Below, one piece after another: positions 68,070 through 81,078 of a stretch of 248,000 nt of DNA; within the stretch, counting starts at the first letter, position 1; each line of letters begins with the position of its first letter. The stretch covers positions 20,001-268,000 of the forward strand of contig NW_008806281.1 in the NCBI RefSeq assembly GCF_000400465.1, written 5' to 3'. Made by a program: the position numbers and the translations under genes. The DNA comes from Wallemia ichthyophaga EXF-994 (Eukaryota; Fungi; Basidiomycota). The notes beneath the pieces are model-generated. The model saw only the letters and a program-made list of their open reading frames with translations, was not told where the DNA came from and did not search any database.

Positions 68070-68836
68070 AAAACCCTAAGATGGGTTTCGGGGCGGGTGA
68101 AAAATAAATTCGACCGAGGAAAGAAGCCTAAATGAGCTTTTGTTTCCAATTGAGCGAGGAGAAAATTTTTAACGAAATGTTCATATTCTAGAAAATTTCC
68201 CGAAAATTTTGATCAAGAATGTAAACAGGTATGAATGCATTATGTAGATATTACACAGTTTTACACCGGTTTACGCCTTTGTTCGACTCCTGGGAAGAAA
68301 TGAGGCTAACGTGGAGAAACGGCTCGGATGGCGACTAGGTGCAGCCACAAGTACTTAGATAATAGAGGTTAATTGTGCAGGAAAGCCAATTTGTTGTCTA
68401 GGCTCACTATAACGAATGGCTTCAAATGCTCAATTCGAAGAAATGGTCGCTATGATGAACAGGGAGCGTGAAAAGGAGAAGAAGAAGCTGTTTTACGCCG
68501 AAGATGTAGCTAAGATCAGCAAAAGGACCAAAAACGCATTAAAAAATACAAGGAGAAGACAGAAACTGCCATAAAAAACGATTGGGGATTTCTCGTCAAT
68601 CCCAAACAACGCAAGGAGGATGCCACACCCTTGGCATCAGTAAAATATATGTCCAAGACGAAGCTATAATGCTTATGGATTTGCGTCCCAACTCCCTCAA
68701 CACGCGTCAAGTAAGTTACGTAATTCAATTGCAATGTCTGACGTGTGGCAGATGGTCTCGGCTCTTTCAAAAGAGGGAATAGAGAAGGCGAAAGCTCACT
68801 ACGATGGAATAACCTGCTTCAACACGAGTATTGAAA
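68070..68836 (+). repeat. Dispersed repeat X, copy 1 (decayed coding core)
   Basis: Aligns with the reverse complement of 236095-236845. Confidence 0.92.
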
Positions 68837-68937
68837 AGAAATTTGACTTGATATCAATTCCCAATTTTTTACTTTAAAGTTTATTCGAAGTCTTCTTCCT
68901 TGTATATTACAATACATATTTACTTGTGTCATTCCAT

Positions 68938-70265
68938 TTATACTGTACCTCTGCGCTTCACTGGTGAATGAGACATCCTAGCCTTGGAAACTTGTTCTGC
69001 CTGCGAAGGTCTCTTATTTACATTACTACCCCTAACTCCTCTCTTTGCTGGCATTCCCTTCCCTCCCTCATTGGTGTCCTTCAGCTTTGCCATCTTCACC
69101 CTTCCTGCAGCCCTCTGCTGTGCCTCTACTGTGCCTCTACTGTGCCTCTACTGCTTGGTTTGCGGAGCTTGTAGGTTTTGATGGGTTTGTAGTGTTTGCT
69201 GTGTTTGCATTGTTTACAGTGCTTCTACTGTTATCATTCCTATCGCCCTTTCCTCTAGCACCGGCAAACGAAAATGGCCTTGGCGTTGGCGGTGCTTACT
69301 GCACCTTCTTATGTTTTTTCACAATTCTCGTCTTTACTATACCTTCTTCGCCGCCTCCAGAGCTACTCAATTCCTTTGCATTAGTTGTACTACTACTACC
69401 TCCACCGAATATCTTCTTGCCTACACTCTTGATCATCCAAGCGGCCTTGCTAGCAGTTGCGACTCGAGTTGGTGGTTTCCCGCCTCCGATAATCCTACCA
69501 AGTGGTCTTCCTCTAGTGTTAGCTGTCATACTTAACCGTCTCTTCTGTCTCGACACCTCTAATCTACGCTTGATATCATCTCTACGCTCCTTTTCATTTA
69601 AAGGTACAGTCCCCTTGATTCTCTTGTTAGGTTGGCTTGGTTCTGCTACAGATGATCTAGCTTTAGCTTCCTTCTGCGTAAAACCCTCGTCTTGAGCAGA
69701 TGAGGTGGGTTAAGTAGGCTGTGTCGTTTGCCTAGATTGTTCAGACTTCGATGGACTTGCCTTGCCCTTGGTCTATGCTCTCGGCTGACCTGGCTTCTTG
69801 GGGGAAACCTTAGGTTTGGCTGCATAGTGATCGGCTATACTGCCCATCTTCTTAAATTAATTCTTATGTGCATAATCGAATTTCCTCTTTATCTTGAGAT
69901 TCGTGTTTATTTTGATATTCGTGGTACTGTTCAATCCTAACTGCGCTGCACTCTTTGATGATCTACTCGTCTCTGATTGCGCTTCAAATTTAGGCTTGAC
70001 TTCGGCAGTTGGCAGACGTCTGTTCAGTTCATTCATAATGGATGTAAAACCTGCAATTGAAACACCTGACTGCTATCCAAACACGAATTGTGGCAGTGGT
70101 GGGTACACCTTAATTGATGCGCTTTCACTTGAGCCGTTGCTATTGTTAATTCCAGACAGACTTGGTCTGTTTACGAACCAAGGTTATGGCGATGGCGGTT
70201 TATTGTCATTGCTGACTAGTTTAACGGTATCGTCAATGATTTTGAAGAAAGAGAATTGACACGAC
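68938..70265 (-). pseudogene. Decayed K/S-rich protein gene
   Basis: One long frame with six in-frame TAA/TAG, plus an 11-bp repeat expansion frameshift at ~69120-69155. Confidence 0.7.
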
Positions 70266-70404
70266 ACGTCTGTAAGATGTTAAAATGTAAAATAGAAAAT
70301 AACATGTATATAAATATCAATAAACAATAGATTTACTTAAAATAAAATAAAAATAAAAATAAAATGACAATCAATTAAGATACCTTTATCAAGTACATTC
70401 ATCA

Positions 70405-73400
70405 ATGAATAATAATGAAATTGGTAGATTGCTTCAACAACAACAACAGCAGCAATTTAATCAATTAAATCCACAACAGAGGCAGCAGGTGGGTTATTTG
70501 TTATATTAATTTAATTGCTCTGATTAGTGGATTTCCTTATAGGCGATGATTGCAACTCAAATGAGTAGAATGCAGCAGCAGCAGCAGCCCCAAGGACAAC
70601 CTCAACAAACACAAAATCATCCTCAGGACCTTAACCAATCACCTTCCCTTGAACAAGCATTTCAATCAAACAACCTCCACTTCCTAATCGACGCTGCAAA
70701 ATTAAATAAATTAAATAACGATAACCTTCAAAGATTACAGAGGCTTATTAGAAATTCTCAACTTGAGCATATTCAACGGGGCGGTGGACAGGGTGCCGGT
70801 GGTGGCCAGCAAGTTAGACAGCAACCACAGCAACAGCCACAACAACAACAACCTCAACAACCCCAGCAACACCCTCAGCAACCACCACAACATCCGCACC
70901 TAGTCCCCTCCCAAATAGCTGCCGCTAAGAACCTCCAACAGAAAATAGAAACCATCGATTTACAATTGAGAAATTCAAATTTATCCCCACAAGACCGAGA
71001 TAACGCTAGAAAGTCTTATGATGAAGCTAAAAATTTACAAGCTTTGTTTATTCAACAGCTTAGGAGTAATCAATCGACTAAACAATCAACCAATATGTTA
71101 CACTCTCAATCTCAGCCACAAGTTACAACCAACTACGATAACAACTGGGCTAATCAACACCAATTTCCCAGTCTCTCAAATAACTTTTCCGGCGATCATC
71201 ACTCAAACATCCTTGGTCTTGGTTTGGTTGGTACTTCAAATCCTCCACAGCAGCAACAACCTCCACAACAACCTCCACAACAACCTACACCCACTCACCA
71301 ACCTCCCACTCAACCCCGCCCAAACCTCTCCATGCTCCCTCAACTTCAACCCGAAAATTTTCTCAAAGCCCTTATCGATCTCATGAAGAAGCGTGGCACT
71401 CCTATTGAAAAACTACCTGAAGTTGATGGTAAAGGTATTGATTTACACAAACTCTACATGACTGTCATCCAATCTGGTGGCAGCTTGGAAGTTCATCGTC
71501 AATCAAAGTGGCCACTAGTTGGTGCAATCATCGGTTTACCAATGTCTAATCAATTCTCAGACTCTAATCCACGTATCTCTAACAACTCCTCCCAAGCTTT
71601 AGCAAACGTTTACAGAGAATACCTCGCTCCATTTGAACAAGTGTGGATGAAAGCTATTCATGATCAAGTCTCACAGAGAAGAGCCGCTGTCATGCATCAA
71701 CAACAATCACAACAACCACAACAATCACCTCTAACTAGACCAATGACTGGTTTCCCTCAACCAATTCCTCAACAATTCCCTCAACAATCTCAACCCCCCC
71801 AACCCCAACCTAATCAACCTCAACCTAATCCACCTCAGCCTAATCAGCCCATCCATCAACAACAACTAATGGCTTCTCTCTCATCAATGTCTGATGATCA
71901 GTTGAGAAATTTAAACTTGACTCCTGAGCAAATTTTTCAGCTTCGCAGAAAGATCCAACAACCACAAATGTCTACCACTGCGCCGTCTTTGGATGCCACC
72001 AGCTCTGTTACTAACCCTTCTAACCCTCCTTCTATCCAAAGCAACCCTTCATCTCAAGGTATCCCTCCTCCTATTCAAAACAACCCTTCATCTCAAGGTA
72101 TTCCTCCTCCAATGGCTAACAATTTGCCAATCATGATGCCTCCAAAAGAGAGACTATCACAGGCCTCTCAACTTGTTCAGTCCATTAAGCAGAGTATCAT
72201 GCAACAAAGACCTCCTGTTAACTCTCAACCCAATTTGAATCCTGCTGAACAACACCAAATCGCACAAACTTGCGCTGAAATTAAGCCTATGCTTATCTCT
72301 TTAGAAACTATCCTGCCAATTTTCTTGTGTTTGAACGATCCAATAGAACCAGGTAAAATTGAAGCTGTTAAGAAGATTTCTTTGATGGTATGCTGGTTTT
72401 GTGATATTTACACTTACTAACTATCAATGCAGACTGTTATGTATTACCAGCAAACTCTTATGCTTCCCCAGCGTCAATTTTGTTTCAATCTCGAGGACAT
72501 GACCAGGCTGCGGATTCAATTGGCTCGATGTAAGCGTTGTTTCAATGTCTCATTTGTTTTGATTAACCATCATTGCAGGCTTCATGTATGTTAAGAATCA
72601 GGTCAAGGACGTACAAGGAATACAAAGCATAGCACAAAATGCAGCACCGAGACCTGCTTCCCAGCCTCAAGCAGCACCTTCTCAACCACCGGACCAGTCT
72701 GCCATTTTCAACAATGCCATGAAGCAAGCGCAACAGCAACCCTCGCACTCTGCATCTCCAGCACAACCTTCACAAGTTGATCAGGTGGCTATGTTCAATA
72801 ATGCGCTCAAGCAAGCCCAACAGCAGCAGCAACAACAGCAACAGCAGCAACAGCAGCAACAACAACAGTTACAACAACAACAGCAACACCACCACCAGCA
72901 GTCACAAGTACCCTCTCCAGCTTTGATGAGTGGCGTACAGAGAAGCACTGACAATCTCAAAGCACCACCGCCATCCAAGCGCACAAAGACTTCTCCGCAG
73001 ATACAAAATACACCTATAGATCTTTCACCATCACCCATTCCTCCACCCGCACATTCAGGCCAGACGCCACCGAAATCTCCGTATTCTCAAAAAGCAGCTG
73101 CAGCGAGTGCCAGAGCGAGTGGTGGTCGTGGACGCGGTAGGCCACAAGCAAGACCACGGAATGCACAAAGAGGTGCAAATGGTACGACAAGCAACGACAA
73201 CACCCCAATCTCCATCGATATTGATTCACCAGCGCAAAACGTTGCGCCGTCTCTACCAAAGGCACCTACACCTGCACCATCACAACCAACGCAGCCACCT
73301 AAACCTACGGCGCTTGAAGATCCAGTCGCCTATTTGGAGAATGCACTCGCAGATTTCAAGCACAACTTGCCATCTTCAGCACCCCAACCTCAGCATATAA

Positions 73401-73876
73401 GTAACCCACAGATGTTCAACAGCCTAGATGAAGGTCATCCACTCAAACCATCACTGACGCTCGAAGATGTCCACTCGAAACCTGAGCCTGAGTTTATACT
73501 CTCGCCAGATGACAACATCCATGGCCATCTCCCACCTAACGAGGAGCTCGACTTTAGTCTATTGATTGATGAATCTTCATTCAATGATCAGGATCAGGAG
73601 CAGGATGAGGAAAGTGGTGAGAATGTAAGCTCGAAGAAGATGAACGTCGAGACGCCTGAACTCATCAATGGAATGAACCCTTCGCCTGAATCGGTCAACG
73701 ATGAACTCAAGTCGCCCAAGGATGCGTCGGCTAGCGGAAGGCAAAAGACGTCAAATAGCCAAACTTCCAACGCTGCTCAAGAATGGCTCGCTGGATCTGC
73801 GACTGACCAGTATGACGCAATGATTGATAACAACTTTGGCGCTAATTGGCTTCTTCAAGATGAGCAAATTAGTTAG
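70405..73876 (+). CDS. Q-rich ARID-domain chromatin protein
   Basis: ARID: LMKKRGTP..IDLHKLYMTV..GG..KW; poly-Q. Confidence 0.8.
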
Positions 73877-74098
73877 CAATATCTGGTAACACAGATATGG
73901 ATCATGGTTTTTATTCTTTTCACTCATCTCTCTCCCTCGCTATTGACACTATTTTCCATATTTTCATCACACTGCTCATCTCCACTATTTCGTTATCCCA
74001 GTCAGCCATTGTATTATTAATTGTTTCCATATACATGTTTTAGCCGCGACTACTTTGCCTTAGTTAATGTTTATGACAGTAAAGTCTAATGTCGCACT

Positions 74099-75617
74099 TT
74101 ATTCGCCATGGAATTCAGATTGGACAGCACTAGCAAAATCATCATCGCACAGAACCCTGAAAGCCGTTAGTGCGACACCTGTAGCCGCCTCGAGTGTTTT
74201 TCGATGGGCGATGGGTGTATCGGTGCACCTTGCGAACTCTGCGGTATGATTAGAAACGCCTTCCTGTGAATAAATTTCGTAAGCAGGGTGCAGACCGGGC
74301 ATAGCGTAAGTGACAGCGCCGAAATCTGTTGATGCGCCTCCAGGGACGTCCAAAGCGAGCTGGACATGCGTACCAAATCTGCGCATCAATGCGGCTGCGT
74401 ATTCAACGGCTGCAGAGAGTGTGTGAGTAAGGACAATCCGCAAGTGATCAAACCACGTACGCACCGAGAAGCCCATTATGACGAAGTTCAGGGTGAGGAG
74501 GGGTGGTATCATGCAAGACGAATTGGCATCCGGTAGCATCAGCAGCAGCTCTTAAGCACGCAACTACCCTCCTCTTCAGTTCCACCAGCTCAGCCAGGGT
74601 CGCGCTGCGCACGCCATACCTGAGGCACGAGTACGCAGGGATAACATTGGGCGAGTAGCCCGCGGTGTCGATGACACCGTGCACGCGCTCATACGGCTTG
74701 GTCTGCTGACGGAGAGCGTTTATGTTGGTGTATGCGAGGATGGCAGCGTCGAGTGCGTTTATGCCCTCGTGCGGTGCAAGCGCTGCGTGTGCAGCCTTGC
74801 CCAAGTACTCTGCACTGAACGAATCGATTGCCAACATGGGCGATATTAGATCAGTTTTGTACGGCGCACCTCCACCCGGATGGATCATCAGCATCGCATC
74901 TGCGCTTTTGTATGCACCGTGTCTCAACATTCTTATTTTGCCACCGCCCCGCTCTTCCGCTGGTGTACCTAGGAGGAGCACCCTCCCGGATACATCCATC
75001 TCTGCCATCGCTGCAGCCACACCCAAAGCTGCCGCTAATGCTCCCTCAGCTATCAGATCTGCCTGTGTTAGGCGGAAGATTAGGGCGTGAAATATTCAGC
75101 TACCCACTGTGTCCACATGCATGCCCTATGCCCGGCAAAGCCTGCCTATTCAGCATAAACCCCGGAATGACATCATACTCACATCCATCTCAGCGTTGAA
75201 TCCCACTGTGCGTCCACCTATTCCACGACTAAATGTAGCCTTCCACGCCGTTTCCATCCCGCAGATTCCTCTCTCCACTCGCCATCCCCTGCCCTGCATA
75301 AAGTGGGTGAGCGTATTCGCCGCGTAATGCTCTCTGAATGCCAGTTCGGGATTTTGGTGGATCGTCGAACCAAGCTCTCTCAGTACACTCTCTTCCATGT
75401 GCAACGTTCTTTCTATTACCCCCGCTGCCCTGTCTGCCACTGGCTCGAAATTGGCACGATCATATGATGGCAGGGTGTTGGTGTGTGAATCGGTTGCATC
75501 TACTTCCAAATAGGTTGGAAGGCATGACTCTTGCTGCTCCTGCTCTTCACAATCCCTTTGCTCTGCATTCCCTGGCTCCTCCTTGAATTGTTTGCGTTTC
75601 GATAAGCAATTCCACAT
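74099..75617 (-). CDS. M20 family amidohydrolase (PM20D2-like)
   Basis: PELAFREHYA, FNAEMD, GTPAEERGGGK, STDFGAV. Confidence 0.9.
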
Positions 75618-75659
75618 GAAAGTTATTGGTTATTGGTTATATTATAATACACAACAAAA

Positions 75660-77429
75660 TCAACGCTGCTGCTTCATTTTATTCACCGCAAATTCATTCA
75701 ACGCCTTGATGATGCGAGCCAGCTGCTCTTTGCTGCTCAAGTCAGACCTCTGAATAACCTTAGCCAACAGCTCTTCTCGGACAGAACAACCGAGTGCTTC
75801 AAAAGTCTCTAGAACAAGTTTGATAGCATTGATGCGATTCTGCGCATTAATATCAGCCGACATGTACCTAACGCAGAGTTCCATAATCATTTTCTCATTC
75901 TTGCGCAAATTCTTGCGCCATATATCGCCATTATCGTGTATACTCCTTTTGCACCACGCTTGCTTGTACAGCTTGAGCATTCTACTCAGACCCACTCGTC
76001 CATTCCAATGAGGGGAGTGTTGATTCGTTTTCCAAAATAATCGCTGTAGGTGCTCGTATTCGTGTGTGTTGGCTTGTTGCATTACACCCGCATTCGCGAT
76101 ATCTATATACGCGCGCACGGCATAGCGGAACCCTATGTAAAAATTGCAGTAGATTGCTGTTTGGAAGATACTCATCGCTGATAGAAATACGCGTCGGCGT
76201 ATATTCCTAGCCCTAATCTGGGCTACGATTGGCTTAGATTCGGGCTGGAATGACATTGGTGTTCTTTTACTTTCATACAACTTAAGCAAACCCGTAAAAT
76301 GCATATGAGCCTGCTTAAATGCTACTTTGCGTTGATTATTCGTAAGTGATAGTCTAATTAAGTGATGTAGATTGCTAGTATTGGTATGTAGATGGGTGTT
76401 GTCCTCACTCATCTCAAGTCGTCTCATGACTTTTGCTCTATGCGTCTTGTAGTCTACAGATGAAGTTGTGCCTTTCAATTTAAAGGATTTGAGTAACGTG
76501 GATGATGATAACGATGCTGATGCTGATTTAGATCCTTTTTCTATATTCTCTACTATTGTTAATAATTTCTTGGTGTTTTCTATTGTGTCGCATTCTGCTA
76601 GTTGTCGCAAACGATCTGTTATTGCTGCTTTGTCTTGTCCCAACTGTAGGAAAGCGGAGGATATAAAACTAAGAAACTTCCTATCTAATTTGATGTAAGT
76701 TTGAGAGATTAGCGATAGTATGGCTGTGATATCGACTAGAACACTTTCCTTATCTGATGCAACAGATTTGTACTCATGTATTAGTGATCGTATGAGGTGT
76801 ATATGGGTACCATGAGTGCGATCAACATTGAGTAGTTGTTGTTCAGCTAACAAACTAGGGGTAGATTCGATATCGTAACGCTGAAGCAGCTCATAAACGC
76901 GTGAAATAGCATGTGGGTAGGGAGAATTAATGTTCTCGCTCCATTCCTCAGTATAACAACGAAGGCTGTGGTGTAAATGCTGAGCTAGCTTGTTAAGCTG
77001 TTCTAAATCTGTACCTTGACAATCAACTTTAGCCGCAACGACGGCAGAAATGATAGTTACGAGAGTCCTTGGAGCGTAGCAAATATTCCTCCCACCTTTG
77101 CTAACGTTTGGATGAATGGAATACTTAAAGAAACGCAAAGCAGCGCTAAAGTGTTTACGATTGAGTAATTCAACGACGGCTCGAACATAAGGATCATGAT
77201 TTGAATGTACGCACAAGTTACTAGGTAAAGTGTCTAAAAGAGAGCGTAATTGGGCATTTGTGGGTCTACTGCGAGTGTTTTTGAGTGAAAACTTGTGCGA
77301 TCTAGTGAGCTTGAATGGAGAAGGAGAAGGAGGAGGAGTTAGACTAGATTTTAGATTAGACGAAGTACTAGGAAAAGGCTTGAACGATTTGGATAATTGA
77401 ATTAAGCACTTTAGTGGGTGTATGACCAT
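75660..77429 (-). CDS. Hypothetical protein, likely mitochondrial
   Basis: 589-aa ORF with basic N-terminus. Confidence 0.55.
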   Translation of the reverse strand: MVIHPLKCLIQLSKSFKPFPSTSSNLKSSLTPPPSPSPFKLTRSHKFSLKNTRSRPTNAQLRSLLDTLPSNLCVHSNHDPYVRAVVELLNRKHFSAALRFFKYSIHPNVSKGGRNICYAPRTLVTIISAVVAAKVDCQGTDLEQLNKLAQHLHHSLRCYTEEWSENINSPYPHAISRVYELLQRYDIESTPSLLAEQQLLNVDRTHGTHIHLIRSLIHEYKSVASDKESVLVDITAILSLISQTYIKLDRKFLSFISSAFLQLGQDKAAITDRLRQLAECDTIENTKKLLTIVENIEKGSKSASASLSSSTLLKSFKLKGTTSSVDYKTHRAKVMRRLEMSEDNTHLHTNTSNLHHLIRLSLTNNQRKVAFKQAHMHFTGLLKLYESKRTPMSFQPESKPIVAQIRARNIRRRVFLSAMSIFQTAIYCNFYIGFRYAVRAYIDIANAGVMQQANTHEYEHLQRLFWKTNQHSPHWNGRVGLSRMLKLYKQAWCKRSIHDNGDIWRKNLRKNEKMIMELCVRYMSADINAQNRINAIKLVLETFEALGCSVREELLAKVIQRSDLSSKEQLARIIKALNEFAVNKMKQQR

Positions 77430-77573
77430 CGTCGAGATAGCATCAATTGGTTAATAGAGGATATGAAATTACTAGTGACCTAGGCAATTAATTTAATAGT
77501 GATTTATAAAATTTAGACTATTAAAATCCAGCGATGTTTCCTTGTGATCCTTGGTGATTTACGTTAAAGAGAG

Positions 77574-79621
77574 ATGAAAATAACGGACAAGCTGTTGGCT
77601 GCAGAAAGGGAAGACAGGCTTTGGTGGAGTTTTGAATTCTTCCCGCCAGTGAGTTTTGTAGACTGGTTGCTTCTTGAAATTCTAATGAAATTTACAGAGA
77701 ACTGCTCAGGTTGGTTGATAGTCTAAGCTGGCTGGACATTTCAGCTAACATGTTCAATACAGGGAATGACAAATCTCGTTGATCGTATCGAAAGAATGAG
77801 ACGCTTGGGTCCTGAATTTATCGACATCACTTGGTTAGTGCACTACCAGCCAACGTATTCAACAAAGTCTAAACAATTTCAGGCACTCTGGCGGCAGAAC
77901 TGCTGAATTGACTACTGAACTCGTCAAGACTTGCCAGGCTTCAATCGGCGTTGAGACTTGCATGCATTTGACCTGTACTGGCATGCCTCGTGAAAAGGTC
78001 ATTAATGCTTTAGAGGTGCGCTTATAATAATATCCCTCTTCGTCTGCTTACATATATCCAAGGAAGCCAAGAAGAATGGCTGCACGAACGTCCTTGCTTT
78101 GCGTGGTGATCCTCCCAGAGGTCAGACTGAATGGTATCCTCACCCAAATGGCTTCACTTACGCGGTTGATTTGGTCAAGCACATCAAAAGTGTCTACGGT
78201 GACTACTTCGAAGTTGCCGTCGCTGGTTTCCCTGAAGGAAACCTCCAATACAAACACTCATCAGACAAAGCCCTTGAAATGCAATACTTAAAGGAAAAGG
78301 TCGAAGCAGGTGCTGATCTTATAATGACTCAAATGTTCTACGATGTTGATAACTTTATCGATTGGTGCAAACAAGTTCGCAAAGCTGGCATCACCGTCCC
78401 AATCGTTCCCGGCATCATGCCGATCCAAACTTGGAACGGTTTCCAAAAAGCTGTACAAATGGCTCAGGCTAACGTTCCTGAATCATGGATGCAACAACTC
78501 GAAGCAGTCAAAGAGGATGATGCATCAGTCAGAAAAGTTGGTACTAAGCTCGTTTCTCAAATGTGCAAACAGATACTAGACGCCAATATCGGTATCAGAG
78601 GGCTTCATTTATATACTATGAACCTTGAACGTGGCCCTAAAATGATTTTACAAGAGTTGAATCTCATCCCACAAACTCAAATACTCAATCCCCTTCCATG
78701 GAGACCATCACTCACGCCTATGAGACGCACAGAAAACATCAGACCAATATTTTGGGCGAATCGTCAGAAATCATACTTGTCGCGCACGGAAATGTGGGAT
78801 GAGTTTCCAAATGGTAGATGGGGTGACTCACGCTCTCCTGCATACGGTGAATTAGACGGTTGGGGTCCAACAATCAACCTTAAGGCTGAGGAAGCTCTTG
78901 AAATCTGGGGTGAACCATCAAAGTACGATGACATTTGCAGTTTATTCTCCCGTTTCTGCTTGAATGACTTAAAAGCTTTACCATGGTCTGATCAACCGCC
79001 AGCTCGTGAAACTAGCGTCATTGATAGACAACTCGCAAAAATGAATGATATAGGCTTCTTTACGATTAATTCTCAACCTGCAGTCAACGGTGCTCGCTCA
79101 GATGATAAAGTGCACGGTTGGGGTCCTAAAGGCGGATACGTATACCAAAAAGTTAGTTGAAATGACTACCCAATTACACTGCTGACAATCAATTCAAGGC
79201 TTATCTGGAGTTTTTTGTGTCTCCAGACAATCTAGACAAATTAATCAGTCGTATAGAATTGAATCCGATGATGACATATTACGCAGTCAATAAGCGCGGT
79301 GATTTGAGAACAAACACTCACTCAGAAGGCCCTAATGCAGTCACGTGGGGTGTCTTCCCTGGCAGTGAAATAGTCCAACCCACAATCGTCGAAGCAGTCA
79401 GTTTCATGGCATGGAAAGACGAAGCATATGAATTGGGCTATCAGTGGAGCGATATGTACAAGTACGGATCGGCAAGTCAACAAATCATCAGACAGATCAT
79501 GGACACGCATTTCCTGGTGAACGTCGTCCACAATGACTTCAAGAATGGTCAAGACATATTCAAACCTTTTATCAATGAATTCGATAAAAAGACAGTGCTT
79601 AACGATACCACAAAGAATTAG
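77574..79621 (+). CDS. MET13: Methylenetetrahydrofolate reductase
   Basis: SFEFFPP, MHLTCT, LRGDPP, TQMFYD, WDEFPNGRWGD. Confidence 0.95.
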
Positions 79622-79853
79622 CACACTCAAGACACTCTCACACCTATAGAACTAATTTCACCTTGGTCTACAAAGGTTCAACCCCCTTTTTGACATAACA
79701 TTAGTAAAAAAGAAAAAAAAAAAACCCGGATCAAATCAGTACAAGTCGACATTTACCCCCAACATGTTTTAATAAGCAACATCTTTTCCATCTCAGAATC
79801 TCAATTGTACACAATTTGCATATTGCACTTCAACTTGCATAAACTACCCCTTG

Positions 79854-80786
79854 CTATCCTTTAATAAAAAGTTGCCATGTGCGCTCAAAGATGCTATCCA
79901 AAGTATTTTTGATTGCTTCGCTGAAAACGTCCTGAGTTATTGTCGACTTTGATCCAGATAGCGGGGCAAGAAGCACGAGAATGCTAATTTGCGATGAACG
80001 AGTTGGCTCGACGTTGAGTGCAGATATTGATAAAAGGGCGAAGAGCGATGAAATGCATTGACAATTTCCTGTGCGTTGTTCTGACGCGAAATTGTAAATC
80101 GGAGTAATAATCTCTTTAAAAATGGACATCGCGACACTATTATCTTGAGTGTTGAGGAGGTCGAGAACCATCTTGACGATTTTAATTTGAATACAGGCAG
80201 GAGATTGAGGATGTATCAACAACCATATCAAAGATCTAACGACTGTGGATGCAAAGAGACTCTCAAACCCAATTAGCTGACCTTTATTGTTGAGTGAATT
80301 GAGTTGGTGCAAAGTCTGCTGGCGTATGTTGCCAACCATATCGATCAGCATGATAATGATACGCGGTTGAATCTTATCATAGAGACAAGACATGAAAACA
80401 TTTTGAAGGGAATGATAAATGGATTTGGTGAGTGTAGTTTGTGACTCAAGGTTAAATGTATTGTGGCTGAGTAATTGTAGCTGTCTCATAAGTGCCCGTG
80501 TCGCGTCTGTTGAAGATTTCAGCGTGTATCAAACGAATGAGGTCATCTAACCAAATCCATATTGTGAGCTGTGCGGGTTGTGTGTGGTGTGTATTTCTAC
80601 ACTCTCATACTTCCCGTTGTCGATAAATCTCAATAAATCTAGCCTGGCTCTTGGATCGTCGAGTTGTGCAGCCAATTGATAAGGATAAGTACCACTGGAA
80701 ACAGCTTCAATAGACAACTTGAATAGCTCTACGCAGTCTAATGTGAGCGTAAGAGTCGCATTGCATAGTTCTACACCAGATTTCAC
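79854..80786 (-). CDS. Hypothetical protein (spliced or degraded)
   Basis: Two ORFs; no recognised motif. Confidence 0.3.
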
Positions 80787-81078
80787 CGGTAGTGGCCATA
80801 TCTCGGTGTGCTGTTGCAGCCACGACGATAGCCTGAGATGGTAAGAGATGTGAGATGAAATAGACCATCAAGACGCAATTCTAACCAGCGACAATCTCAA
80901 ATCATCAAATCTCATCGAATTTTGAGATGATGATGGTGCAAGGCTAACAGCGGTTGGAACTCGAGTAGAACGCGCAAATCCAATTAAACGCGAAATAGAT
81001 ATATTGAAAGTAATTTCAAGGTAAATTCAACGCCCTTATCACGCCATCTACCCACTTCAATATCAACAATCAACACCT

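Noticed and set aside
68938-70265. TAA/TAG reassignment to Gln, or A-to-I stop editing
   Set aside because: Neighbouring conserved genes end in TAA/TAG normally; a frameshift is also present; editing would put Trp into a hydrophilic protein
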